Assembly (NCBI RefSeq): GCF_037902255.1
Contig: NZ_CP147990.1
Location: 3,810,001-3,842,000, forward strand
Direction: 5' to 3'
DNA: 32,000 nucleotides
From: Candidatus Electrothrix sp. GW3-4
GTDB taxonomy: Bacteria; Desulfobacterota; Desulfobulbia; Desulfobulbales; Desulfobulbaceae
Shown here: one piece after another, positions 23,151 to 32,000 of the stretch
Layout of the letters: each line of letters begins with the position of its first letter
How positions within the stretch are numbered: position 1 is the stretch's first letter
Made by a program: the position numbers and the translations under genes
The notes under the pieces: generated by a model
Told to the model about the DNA's origin: nothing
What the model saw: the letters and a program-made list of their open reading frames with translations, nothing else
Database searches by the model: none

Positions 23151-24549
23151 GGGCATGGGTGACACCGAATATAACAACGAGATAAAAGGCTATACTGTAG
23201 ATAAGGGCACGGACAGGGATCGGCAGCCTGAAGATAACCAGTTGATCATCAAGGTAATAGCGAAGGGCCTGCATCAACAGGACTGGTGAGATATAAAAAA
23301 GTACTTTCTGGATAAGCAGCGTATTGCCAGCGAAATCCAGATGAAAATCTGTCAGCAGGGCATTAAAGATGACCAGCACCTGCTCAAAGCTGTTCGCCCG
23401 AAAAAAATACCAACTGATCACAATGAGGTGAAAGAAAAAAATCGTCTTCAGCAGGTTAAGAAACCACCCCCCTCTTCCCTGCTGCCCCCCTGTGCCTTTG
23501 TTATTCCCTGTGACAAGATGGTGCAATGCAAGCAAAACGGCATGAAAAAATCCCCAGGCAACAAAGGTCATCTTGGCACCGTGCCATAGCCCTCCGAGCA
23601 GCATGGTCAGAAAGAGATTACGAACGGTCTTTACCTGCCCCTTTCTGTTCCCTCCCAGGGGAATGTAGAGATAATCCCGTAACCAGGAGGACAGGCTGAT
23701 ATGCCATCGCCGCCAAAACTCCTGAGGATTTTTGGAGAAATAGGGGAGGTTAAAATTATCCATGATCTCGAAGCCAAGTATGGCCCCCAGCCCCTTGGCT
23801 ATCCAGGAATAACCGGCAAAATCACCGTAGATCTGAAAGGCAAAGGCATAACCTGTCAGGAGATAACAAAACCCTGTCTGCGGATCGCTGGCCGCAAAGA
23901 CCGGATTAACCAGACGGGCCAGGTTATCGGCCATAAAAATCTTCAGAAACAGGCCGCTGGCAATATAGTACAGGCCGATCTGGATCTTTTCCCAGGAGAC
24001 GCGTCGTGGAGAGAGAATCTGCGGCAGCAGGTGAGAGCTCCGTTCAATCGGGCCAGCAACCAGCTGCGGGAAAAAGGAGACATAGAGGGCATAATCCATG
24101 ATGTTCGAGGCAGGGGCAACTCTGCCTCGAAAGACATCAATGGTATAGCTCATAGACTGAAATGTATAGAAAGAGATCCCTACCGGCAGAATAATCTGCA
24201 AGGTCATCGGGTCGACATGAAAGCCAATACTGTTCAGCAGGAGTAGGGCGTTCTCCAGGAAAAAATTGGCATATTTAAAATAGCTGAGAATCCCCAGGTT
24301 CACAAAGACACTGAAGAGCAGGGTGCGTTTCCTTCGTTTCTCGTTTTCACTGGCATGGATCAACCTTGCTGCCGAGTAATCCACAACAACTGTCAGCAAA
24401 AGCAGGAGCAAAAAACGGTAATCCCAGCATCCGTAAAAAAAGCAGCTGGCAACCAAGAGCAGGCGATTTTGCCCTTTCTGCTTCAGTAGAAGGTAGCAGC
24501 AAAAGACAGAGATAAAGAAGAGAAAGAAGGTAAAACTATTAAAAATCAT
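23125..24549 (-). CDS. MBOAT-family membrane O-acyltransferase (AlgI/DltB-like)
   Basis: 474-aa polytopic protein with the conserved blocks FWRRWHISLSSWLRDYLYIPLGGNR and LLGGLWHGA. Confidence 0.88.
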   Translation of the reverse strand: MIFNSFTFFLFFISVFCCYLLLKQKGQNRLLLVASCFFYGCWDYRFLLLLLLTVVVDYSAARLIHASENEKRRKRTLLFSVFVNLGILSYFKYANFFLENALLLLNSIGFHVDPMTLQIILPVGISFYTFQSMSYTIDVFRGRVAPASNIMDYALYVSFFPQLVAGPIERSSHLLPQILSPRRVSWEKIQIGLYYIASGLFLKIFMADNLARLVNPVFAASDPQTGFCYLLTGYAFAFQIYGDFAGYSWIAKGLGAILGFEIMDNFNLPYFSKNPQEFWRRWHISLSSWLRDYLYIPLGGNRKGQVKTVRNLFLTMLLGGLWHGAKMTFVAWGFFHAVLLALHHLVTGNNKGTGGQQGRGGWFLNLLKTIFFFHLIVISWYFFRANSFEQVLVIFNALLTDFHLDFAGNTLLIQKVLFYISPVLLMQALRYYLDDQLVIFRLPIPVRALIYSIAFYLVVIFGVTHAHEFIYFQF

Positions 24550-24553
24550 AAGA

Positions 24554-24588
24554 CAAAAAAACAGCCATCAGCTTCAAAAGCTGATGGC
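24554..24588 (-). terminator. Rho-independent terminator after polA
   Basis: On the minus strand the stem GCCATCAGC / GCTGATGGC has a 7-nt loop and is followed by TGTTTTTTT. It lies about 90 nt after the polA stop and only 5 nt before the MBOAT ATG. Confidence 0.65.
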
Positions 24589-24680
24589 ATCGAACGGGGC
24601 AAAAATCGAGAAATTTCGTTTTGCCGGTTGAGCAGACGGCATGTTCATTTTCTCCGAATGAAGAGCAGGGTGAGCTGAAC

Positions 24681-27431
24681 TTACTCCCCCTTATCCAAAC
24701 TCGGCCCAACCTCGGTATTGACCTTGAGCGGCACATCAAGGGCCATCACCGATTCCATTGTCATCTTCACCATAGCTGAAACAGAATCCAACTCATCTTC
24801 CGGTACCTCCAGGACCAGCTCATCATGAATCTGCAAGAGCAACCGGGCCTGGGCCTGCTGGCTCCGCAGTTCCTCATGCACCTTAATCATAGCCAGCTTG
24901 ATAATGTCTGAGGCCGTCCCCTGGATCGGGGTATTGATAGCCATCCGCTCAGCAAACTGGCGCCGATTACGATTAGAGGCATTGATCTCCGGCAGCTGCC
25001 TGCGCCTGCCCAGCAAGGTAGTGACATAACCGTCCACCCGAGCTTGCTCCATAATATCATCCATAAACTGCTGAATCCCCGGATAATGGACAAAATAACG
25101 GTCAATAAAGGTCTGGGCCTCCTTGCGGGAGATGCCCAACTGCTCTGACAAGCCAAAGGCAGACATACCGTAGACAATACCGAAGTTGATACTCTTGGCC
25201 ACCCGCCGCATCTCGCCGGTGATCAGGGGCAAGGAGACCTGAAAGATCTCTGCTGCGGTCTGGTTATGAATATCCTGCTCGCCTCGAAAGGCCTCCAACA
25301 AGGCCTGATCCTGGCTGTAATGAGCCATGACCCGCAGGTCAATCTGTGAGTAGTCGGCTGACAGCAGCAGGCTCCCCGGCTGGGCAATAAAGGCGGAACG
25401 AATCCGACGCCCTTCCTCGGTACGAATAGGGATATTTTGCAAATTCGGGTTACTGGAACTGAGACGCCCCGTAGCTGTTCCCCATTGGTTAAACGAGGAG
25501 TGGACCCGACCGGTCACCGGGCTGATATGAGTCTGCAATTTATCCACATAGGTAGATTTAAGCTTGGCCAGGTTGCGGAAACGAAGAATCCGAGCAGGTA
25601 GCTCATGCTTATGGGAGAGCTTTTCCAGCACCTTGACGTCAGTGGAATAGCCGGTCTTGGTCTTGCGCCCCTTGGGCAGATCAAGCTCCTCAAAGAGCAC
25701 CTCTGCCAGCTGCTGCGAGGAGTTGATATTAAAGGCATGGCCAGCCAGGCCATAGATCTCCTCTTCCAATGCAGCCAGCCGCCCAGCGAACTCCTCGGTC
25801 AGACCTTGCAGCACGCCCTTATCCAGCAGGATCCCGGTCTCCTCCATAGCAGCCAGCACCGGGATCAAGGGCCCTTCGACCTCAGCAAAAAGGGTCCACA
25901 GCTCCTGTCGTTCCAGCTCAGCCCGCTGCTCCGCAAAGAGCCGTAGGCTACCGTAGACGTCCTCGCAGCTATAGTCCTTGGCCTTATCCGGGGGAACCCG
26001 ACAAAAGGCGTCCGGGGCCTTATCCCCCCCCACCACCTCGCTAAACGGGGTGAGTTTCAGATCAAGCTCCTGACAGAGATCATCCAGCTTATAAGATCGC
26101 CGACCGGGATCAAGGAGCCAGGCTCCGAGCATGGTATCATAAAGCGGGCCCGCTAAGCGGATTCCGCCGTTCTGGGGAGCAGCCAGGATGGCGTAATCGT
26201 ACTTGAGATTATGACCGATCTTGGCAAGGGCTGGATCGGTGAGCAGGGGACCGAGGAGATCCACGATATCCTGCACAGTCAGCTGATCTGGCAGAAGCTC
26301 ACCCTCACTGTCCCGATGCCCGCAGGCCAGATACCAGGCCTGTTTGGTCTCCGTACAGAGGGACACCCCGACGAGTTCTGCCTCCAGGGGATCAAGGGAG
26401 GTGGTTTCCGTATCCACCACCAGCTGCCCAGCCCCTTGCGGCCGCTCCCCGAGCTGCTCGCTAAGTTGTTCTACAAGCTGTTCCAGCTCCTCCCGCTGCC
26501 GAATCAAGATAAATCCCCCTGTTGTCACCTTGGCGGCGGGCACATCAGACTTGAGCAGGGTGAAGAACTCCAACTCAGTGAGCAGCTCCCGTAGGGCCTC
26601 TGGATCAGGTCCCCCCACCTGATAGGCCTGGAGATCCGCCTCAACCTCGGCCTTCTCCTGGAGGCGTACCAGATCGCGGGAGAGAAAGGCATCTGCCTTA
26701 TGGGCGATAAGACGTTCTTTCATCTTGGATTTTTTCAGGCCATCGACCTGCGCATAGAGCCCTTCCAGGGTCTGGTATTCCGCGAGCAGTTTCTGGGCCG
26801 TCTTGGGCCCCACCCCAGGAACACCGGAGATATTATCTGCCGAATCCCCGGTGAGGGAGAGATAATCAAGGAGCTGAGTCGGACGAAGGCCATATTTCTC
26901 CTCCACCGCAGCCACATCCATGAGCCGATCATTCATGGGATCCCACATGCTGATATCCTCTGAGACCAGCTGCAAGAGGTCCTTATCCCCAGAGACAATC
27001 ACCACCTTACAGCCCTGTTCAACGAGCAAACGCGCTGCCGAGGCGATCAGGTCATCGGCCTCCAGCTCATCCGCCGACATACTGAGCAGGTTATAGGCGC
27101 TCACCATCTTGTGAATATAGGGAATCTGGGGCACCAAGTCCTCGGGCATGGGTGGACGATTGGCCTTATAATCGGCCGAGATTGCATGGCGGAAGACCGG
27201 GCCCTTGGTATCAAAGGCCACGGCCAGGTATGCTGGCTCTTTTTCGCGCAGAATGCGGCGCAGGATGGTGGTAAAGCCATAGACCGCATGGGTGGGAAGC
27301 CCACTGCTGTTGGTCAGGGGTCTGATGGCATGAAAGGCCCGATAGATATAGGCGCTGCCATCAATCAGGTAAACTTCTTTCTTTTTCGGGGGAGCTGGAA
27401 ACAGCTCTGTCTGGTGACGCTGTTGGGTCAT
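24681..27431 (-). CDS. polA: DNA polymerase I
   Basis: 916 aa. It has a 5'-3' exonuclease N-terminus (LIDGSAYIYRAFHA, GVPGVGPKTAQKLL) and a 3'-5' exonuclease region (VVDTETTSL). The polymerase motifs are DYSQIDLRVMAH, RRVAKSINFGIVYG and LQIHDELVLE. Confidence 0.97.
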   Translation of the reverse strand: MTQQRHQTELFPAPPKKKEVYLIDGSAYIYRAFHAIRPLTNSSGLPTHAVYGFTTILRRILREKEPAYLAVAFDTKGPVFRHAISADYKANRPPMPEDLVPQIPYIHKMVSAYNLLSMSADELEADDLIASAARLLVEQGCKVVIVSGDKDLLQLVSEDISMWDPMNDRLMDVAAVEEKYGLRPTQLLDYLSLTGDSADNISGVPGVGPKTAQKLLAEYQTLEGLYAQVDGLKKSKMKERLIAHKADAFLSRDLVRLQEKAEVEADLQAYQVGGPDPEALRELLTELEFFTLLKSDVPAAKVTTGGFILIRQREELEQLVEQLSEQLGERPQGAGQLVVDTETTSLDPLEAELVGVSLCTETKQAWYLACGHRDSEGELLPDQLTVQDIVDLLGPLLTDPALAKIGHNLKYDYAILAAPQNGGIRLAGPLYDTMLGAWLLDPGRRSYKLDDLCQELDLKLTPFSEVVGGDKAPDAFCRVPPDKAKDYSCEDVYGSLRLFAEQRAELERQELWTLFAEVEGPLIPVLAAMEETGILLDKGVLQGLTEEFAGRLAALEEEIYGLAGHAFNINSSQQLAEVLFEELDLPKGRKTKTGYSTDVKVLEKLSHKHELPARILRFRNLAKLKSTYVDKLQTHISPVTGRVHSSFNQWGTATGRLSSSNPNLQNIPIRTEEGRRIRSAFIAQPGSLLLSADYSQIDLRVMAHYSQDQALLEAFRGEQDIHNQTAAEIFQVSLPLITGEMRRVAKSINFGIVYGMSAFGLSEQLGISRKEAQTFIDRYFVHYPGIQQFMDDIMEQARVDGYVTTLLGRRRQLPEINASNRNRRQFAERMAINTPIQGTASDIIKLAMIKVHEELRSQQAQARLLLQIHDELVLEVPEDELDSVSAMVKMTMESVMALDVPLKVNTEVGPSLDKGE

Positions 27432-27457
27432 AAGGACAAACCGGAATAACGTTTCAT

Positions 27458-28069
27458 TTAATGTTCCATCTCGGCCTGGGCCTTCTCCATCAGGCTCAAC
27501 AGATGCTCTGGCTCAAGCCCGATAAAGTATTTATATCTTTTCGCTGGATAGAGGTGGTGCATAATCCTGCCATCAGGAAAGACCGCAAAGGTCCTGGGTA
27601 CATATCTGCCGTCAAACTGATATTGCGCACTGAGCTTCGGTTGCTGGCGGGTATTCACCCGAATCATGACAAAGGGGGCCGAGGCCTCAACAACGTCCTT
27701 GTCCTGCAAAACACCCTTGTAACGCTTACAGGCAGAGCAGGTCTCGGAATAAAAGATCACCAGGGCAGGCTTGCCCTCTCTCTTGGCCTGGGCCAGCCCT
27801 TCCTTATACCCTTTCCAGGCGATCTCCTCTCTTCCAAAATAGATGCCGGTCATTGCCGAACAATCGCGTCCTAAGGGCAACGAGATCAACCCGAAAAAAA
27901 CAAGCAAAAACGAGGCAATGATGTATCGGTGACTCCCGCCCCCCTGCCCTCTTCCTTCCCGTTGTTCTGTACTTCGATAAAACTGCTTCAATTCTTCTTC
28001 CTCTTCATCATATTTTTTCCTCATCAAGCGACACTTCTCTTCCCTCGCAAGAGAGAAAGCACTACTCAT
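27458..28069 (-). CDS. Membrane-anchored thioredoxin-fold protein (CxxC)
   Basis: A TM anchor (YIIASFLLVFFGLISL) is followed by a thioredoxin-like domain with KPALVIFYSETCSACKRY. The start is uncertain: the ORF-track start at 28126 overlaps cysE by 65 nt, so I prefer the ATG at 28069 or 28024. Confidence 0.65.
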   Translation of the reverse strand: MSSAFSLAREEKCRLMRKKYDEEEEELKQFYRSTEQREGRGQGGGSHRYIIASFLLVFFGLISLPLGRDCSAMTGIYFGREEIAWKGYKEGLAQAKREGKPALVIFYSETCSACKRYKGVLQDKDVVEASAPFVMIRVNTRQQPKLSAQYQFDGRYVPRTFAVFPDGRIMHHLYPAKRYKYFIGLEPEHLLSLMEKAQAEMEH

Positions 28070-29039
28070 TTTTGCCAATATAGACCAGCTCGGGCTGTTT
28101 GAGCAGGACCTTGGTGTCCGGGCCAATGCTCTTGGTCAGCCAGACATTGCCGCCCACGATGGAACGGGCCCCGACCACCGTATCGCCACCCAGGATGGTG
28201 GCATTGGCATAGACGATCACATCATCCTCAATGGTGGGATGCCGTTTGGTATCGCGCAACTTCCTGCCTGCCCCTCTGGGCAGGGACAGGGCCCCCAGGG
28301 TCACCCCCTGATAGAGGCGCACCCGATCACCGATCACACAGGTCTCCCCCACCACCACCCCTGCTCCATGATCGATAAAAAAGGACTCCCCGATAGCTGC
28401 ACCGGGGTGGATGTCAATAGCGGTCCGATGATAGGCATATTCGCTGAGCATCCTCGGCAGGACAGGGATACCCAGACTAAACAGGGCATGGGCCAGGCGA
28501 TAGACAAACACGGCAAAGAAGCCGGGATAGCTGAAAATCACCTCATCGACATTACGGGCCGCCGGATCCCCTTCCAGGGTCGCCTCAATATCCGACTCCA
28601 AGGCCTCACGGATTTTGGGCAAGGCCCTGATAACCCGGCCAGCCTGCTCATGGCTGCGGGCATTGCAGTTGGAACAGGGCTGATTATGGCGAAAGCAGTC
28701 ATGACGAATAGCCGAGTTCAGCTGTCGGCTCAAATTCCGGTAAAAGATGGTCAGATTATGGCCTAGATGATATTCCAGACTGGAGGGATTGAGCATGGTG
28801 GAGCTGAAATAACCAGGAAAGAGGATCCGTTGGGCCTGGAGGACCAGGTCCACCACCTCTTTCTTGGAGGGGATGGCCACCGGTTCAATATGGCTGGACC
28901 ATTTTCTCGAGGTAAAGCCCTCAGTCAGCTGCTGGACAATGGAAGGAATATAATCAGCCGCCAAACTGGAAGGCGGAACATGCTCTTCACAGCCGCAGGA
29001 ATCCTGTTCTTTGAAAGACATTGTATTGCTCCCTGGCAC
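28062..29039 (-). CDS. cysE: Serine O-acetyltransferase (long form)
   Basis: A SATase N-terminal helical domain is followed by left-handed beta-helix hexapeptide repeats (IHPGAAIGESFFIDHGAGVVVGETCVIGDRVRLYQGVTLG ... RHPTIEDDVIVYANATILGG). The stop is TAG. Confidence 0.85.
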   Translation of the reverse strand: MPGSNTMSFKEQDSCGCEEHVPPSSLAADYIPSIVQQLTEGFTSRKWSSHIEPVAIPSKKEVVDLVLQAQRILFPGYFSSTMLNPSSLEYHLGHNLTIFYRNLSRQLNSAIRHDCFRHNQPCSNCNARSHEQAGRVIRALPKIREALESDIEATLEGDPAARNVDEVIFSYPGFFAVFVYRLAHALFSLGIPVLPRMLSEYAYHRTAIDIHPGAAIGESFFIDHGAGVVVGETCVIGDRVRLYQGVTLGALSLPRGAGRKLRDTKRHPTIEDDVIVYANATILGGDTVVGARSIVGGNVWLTKSIGPDTKVLLKQPELVYIGKNE

Positions 29040-29096
29040 GAAGTCAACCGGTAAGAAAAACGATTAAAAGAAAGAGAAAAAGCGACCCCAGTGGCC

Positions 29097-30116
29097 TTAT
29101 CCGCCATAACCGTCAGGATTTCTGGACTGCCAACGCCAAGTATCAGTACACATCGTATCCAGATCTCGTTCCGCCTGCCAGCCCAGCTCCTGGGCGGCAA
29201 GGGAGGGGTCGGCATAACATTGGGCAATATCACCGTGACGACGGGGGGTAATGGTATAGGGGACCTTTTTGCCGGAGGCCTTTTCAAAGGCCCTGATCAT
29301 CTCCAACACAGAGTAGCCCTGACCGGTCCCTAAATTATAGGTGACGACGCCTGGATTTTCCACCAGTTTCTCCAGGGCGCAGAGATGGCCCTTGGCCAGA
29401 TCAACCACATGGATATAATCACGCACCCCGGTTCCATCAGGGGTGGGATAATCATCACCAAAGACCGAAAGTTGCTCCAACCTCCCCACAGCTACCTGGG
29501 AGATATAGGGCATCAGGTTATTGGGAATATCGTTGGGGTCTTCGCCGATCTCCCCGCTTTCATGGGCTCCGACTGGATTGAAATAGCGCAGGAGGCTGAT
29601 ATTCCATTCCTCATCTGCGATATACAGGTCCCGGAGGATATCTTCAATCATGGCCTTGGTGCGGCCATAGGGGTTGGTGCAGGCGAGCAGGGGAAAATCC
29701 TCGGTGATGGGCACCGAGGCCGGGTCGCCGTACACGGTGGCGGAAGAGCTGAAGACCATATTCTTGATCCCGTGCCGCTCCATGCATTGGCAGAGATTGA
29801 TGGTGCCAGTGAGGTTATTCTGGTAGTAAAGCAGGGGCTTGGCCACAGACTCGCCCACCGCCTTGAGGCCAGCAAAATGGATGACCGCCGCGGCATCGCT
29901 GCTCTGACGAAAGACGGTGTCCAGGGCAGCGGCATCAAGGAGGTCAACCTGAAAAAAATCAACCGTCTTGCCAGTGAGTTTTTCCACCCGCCGTAAGCCT
30001 TCCCGGCTCGCGTTGCAGAGATTATCAATCACGGTGACCTCATGGCCGCTTTCCAGTAACTCTAGGCAGGTATGACTGCCGATATAGCCGGCTCCGCCGG
30101 TAACAAGAATATGCAT
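29097..30116 (-). CDS. galE: UDP-glucose 4-epimerase
   Basis: [15 protein letters not shown] Rossmann start (I prefer the ATG at 30116 over the track start at 30143), SSSATVYG, the YGRTK catalytic motif and [15 protein letters not shown]. Confidence 0.92.
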   Translation of the reverse strand: MHILVTGGAGYIGSHTCLELLESGHEVTVIDNLCNASREGLRRVEKLTGKTVDFFQVDLLDAAALDTVFRQSSDAAAVIHFAGLKAVGESVAKPLLYYQNNLTGTINLCQCMERHGIKNMVFSSSATVYGDPASVPITEDFPLLACTNPYGRTKAMIEDILRDLYIADEEWNISLLRYFNPVGAHESGEIGEDPNDIPNNLMPYISQVAVGRLEQLSVFGDDYPTPDGTGVRDYIHVVDLAKGHLCALEKLVENPGVVTYNLGTGQGYSVLEMIRAFEKASGKKVPYTITPRRHGDIAQCYADPSLAAQELGWQAERDLDTMCTDTWRWQSRNPDGYGG

Positions 30117-30404
30117 GCATTGCTCCACAAATTTTCCGCCCATCGTTACAACGATGGGCGATGGTCAATCGTCCCTTGGGGACGAGGTATCCCTGCTGGA
30201 CATTCGCTAACAGCCCGGTGCGTTATCATCGGGCAAGACTGCTCTACGTCGAACTCAGACATTTATAGGCTCTTCGGCTCCGGGGAGAGGAAGAACCTAG
30301 GGTTGGGTATGGTTGAACCTATCGCGGAACAGGAAAAAGGTATCCCGAGGTATGGTTCGAGCTCTCCTGGGGGATGTTTTTTCCGTTCGCGGGAGAGGCT
30401 CTTC

Positions 30405-30902
30405 CTAACGTTTGAACGAGTTAATAACGTGATTCACCCAGTGGGCTTTTTCCTCGCAATCTTCCAGACTGGGACCGATCATACCAGAAAGCTTCTTCAT
30501 GTCATCGACCTGTTCAGCACTGGATGTCGACATATTCAACTCCATGAACTGTTGCTCGAATGCCACTCGAAGCTCGGCAGCAGTCTTCACAGATTGTAGA
30601 TACTCCTCATAGGCTGCCACATATGCTCGCGTCGGAACCGAGAGATAGTGCGCATTATCCGCACGAAAGCGGGCAAAATGCTCCACTGCGTCTCCCAGCT
30701 TATTATCTACGCTACAAAAATTATCATACGCATCTGCATTGCGCTTTTTCCGAAGAAAACCAAAGAGTGAATAGGGCTCCTGGGGTGTTTTTTGGGTAAT
30801 TCTCTGGAACTCCGCAATCAACGATTCGCTCTCCTGGACAATCTGATCCAGCTCAGAATGTATCTTGCTCAGCTGCGGCCTCCCCAACTGACTATCATTC
30901 AT
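30405..30902 (-). CDS. Hypothetical all-helical protein (165 aa)
   Basis: ATG at 30902 with a strong RBS (AAGGAGAAGAT-ATG). No family recognised. The stop is TAG. Confidence 0.55.
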   Translation of the reverse strand: MNDSQLGRPQLSKIHSELDQIVQESESLIAEFQRITQKTPQEPYSLFGFLRKKRNADAYDNFCSVDNKLGDAVEHFARFRADNAHYLSVPTRAYVAAYEEYLQSVKTAAELRVAFEQQFMELNMSTSSAEQVDDMKKLSGMIGPSLEDCEEKAHWVNHVINSFKR

Positions 30903-31216
30903 ATCTTCTCCTTAAGCTTCCTTGCTCCTTCCTCGTCCCCACAACCGCGCATAACGCATACAGATGTATAACAGAGATTTCCAGCGACTTCAAACGAAAC
31001 AACAACAGCGGGCATACGCCCTGGAACACAGCATCAGGCTGAACCACGGCCCTTTCTTTCCCCTGATCTGCTTTCCCTGCCTGCAATCCCCTTGCTATTT
31101 CCGAGGTCATACGATAACATCACGGCTTATATCAGCTCCGCCCTTGCAAACAGCGGCGGCCATGTTCCCATATAAACTGAAAATCAATATCAACACAAAG
31201 CATATCTGTTTTCTTC

Positions 31217-31498
31217 ATGAGCGAAAAGATACCACAGCAGACACTCGATGGCTGCAAACCAGAGATTCACTACCCCTGTGTCTGGCAGTACAAGGTTATT
31301 GGCATGGAACGCCAAGCAATACAGGCCGCCCTTTCCGAAGAACTGGGAGACGCCCCCTATTCCCTGTCCGAATCCCGCACCTCACGGAAGGGGAAGTATA
31401 TCAGCCTCAACCTGGAGCTGACCGTACATAATGAGGAACAAAGGCTCCACCTGTACAGTTCCCTGACCGCCCATCCCTCGATCAAGCTGGTCCTATGA
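31217..31498 (+). CDS. DUF493 (YbeD-like) family protein
   Basis: 93 aa with the family hallmark YPCVWQYKVIG and an ACT-like size. Confidence 0.75.
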   Translation: MSEKIPQQTLDGCKPEIHYPCVWQYKVIGMERQAIQAALSEELGDAPYSLSESRTSRKGKYISLNLELTVHNEEQRLHLYSSLTAHPSIKLVL

Positions 31499-32000
31499 AC
31501 CCGGCGGTCCACAATGCCCTTGAAGAGGCCTCGCCAGCCCTTGATGCCAAGATTATCCCGGTCATGCGGGAGGCCATTACCACGGTACAGATGGTCCTCT
31601 TTCAGCGCCTCAAGGAAAATATCTCCCAGCGCTCCGGGCAGTACTCGGAAGAAGAGACGATTCGCTTGGCTGGAGCCCTTGTCAATAATCTCTACGGCAG
31701 CGAGGCGACTGATTCCCAGGTCAACCGCTTTGCCCGCAGCCATCGGGAGCTCATTGAAAAGGAGTTGCGCGGACTCAGCTCCCGGCTCCCGGAATTGATC
31801 CCCCACATCACGGACAGCCTGCGCATGCAGACCCTCTGCGATAACCATGAAGGGATTCACTCCATCCCCTGCCTCTTGCTGGCCAGGGAGCTGGGCCTCT
31901 TGGACGAAGAACGGGAACTCCCCCTGCCCTCCACCTTTATGCTCTCGGTCCGCAAGCTCGGGGCAGCAACCGGCCTGGTCAAACCCATGCAAATGCGTCC
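31495..32000 (+). CDS. Hypothetical protein (5' part; runs off the right edge)
   Basis: Absent from the ORF track because it has no in-window stop. Its ATG at 31495 overlaps the DUF493 stop (ATGA). Hand translation gives MNPAVHNALEEASPALDAKIIPVMREAITTVQMVLFQRLKENISQRSG... and stays open to position 32000. The opposite-strand ORF 31357-31992 looks like its shadow. Confidence 0.55.
   Translation, partial: MNPAVHNALEEASPALDAKIIPVMREAITTVQMVLFQRLKENISQRSGQYSEEETIRLAGALVNNLYGSEATDSQVNRFARSHRELIEKELRGLSSRLPELIPHITDSLRMQTLCDNHEGIHSIPCLLLARELGLLDEERELPLPSTFMLSVRKLGAATGLVKPMQMR

Noticed and set aside
30964-31431. Plus-strand 155-aa ORF overlapping the DUF493 gene in another frame
   Set aside because: The overlapping frame 31217-31498 carries the DUF493 hallmark YPCVWQYKVIG. 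The 155-aa frame has no motifs and starts in promoter-like intergenic DNA.
31357-31992. Minus-strand 211-aa ORF as the gene at the right edge
   Set aside because: The plus-strand frame starts with an ATGA overlap to the DUF493 gene and stays open to the window end with a more protein-like composition. The minus ORF is Gly/Ala/Gln-rich shadow sequence and would overlap the recognisable DUF493 gene.

Overview
This is a chromosomal window with a G+C content of roughly 55-60%, judged from hand counts of sample lines. The gene content (hexaheme c7-type cytochrome, fused SecDF, Cache-type hybrid histidine kinase) fits a Desulfobacterota-like anaerobe, but that assignment is inference only. The housekeeping genes I can support are larB, secDF, a Na/Pi symporter, ruvAB, polA, cysE, galE, an MBOAT/SGNH acyltransferase pair, a metallophosphoesterase and a DUF493 gene. 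A hybrid sensor kinase (1-2499, minus) and a hypothetical gene (31495-32000, plus) run off the window edges and are therefore absent from the ORF track.

The most interesting region is an accessory stretch (about 6.3-13.9 kb) bracketed by inverted copies of a two-hairpin REP-like element. It holds a tightly coupled four-gene minus-strand operon (6547-11492):
- a 3-TM membrane protein;
- an 84-aa zinc-ribbon protein;
- an 1165-aa CHAT (caspase-like protease) / STAND P-loop NTPase / TPR fusion, whose TPR sensor is encoded by 6.4 almost identical 120-bp tandem repeats that differ only at two codon cassettes;
- a 219-aa orphan protein with a lysine-rich tail.

I read this operon as an NLR-like, protease-armed conflict or defence system with uncharacterised partner proteins. 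Next to it lies a stretch of decayed genes (a disrupted AAA-ATPase-like gene and an ISAzo13-type transposase remnant).

A second candidate is a low-GC islet (about 19.0-20.6 kb). It carries two orphan genes, one with a DUF4145-like C-terminus. On its left side are an array of about 23-bp palindrome-cored direct repeats and an HU-like/DUF4469 gene interrupted by an in-frame TAG.

All functional calls rest on motif recognition by eye. No database search was run.
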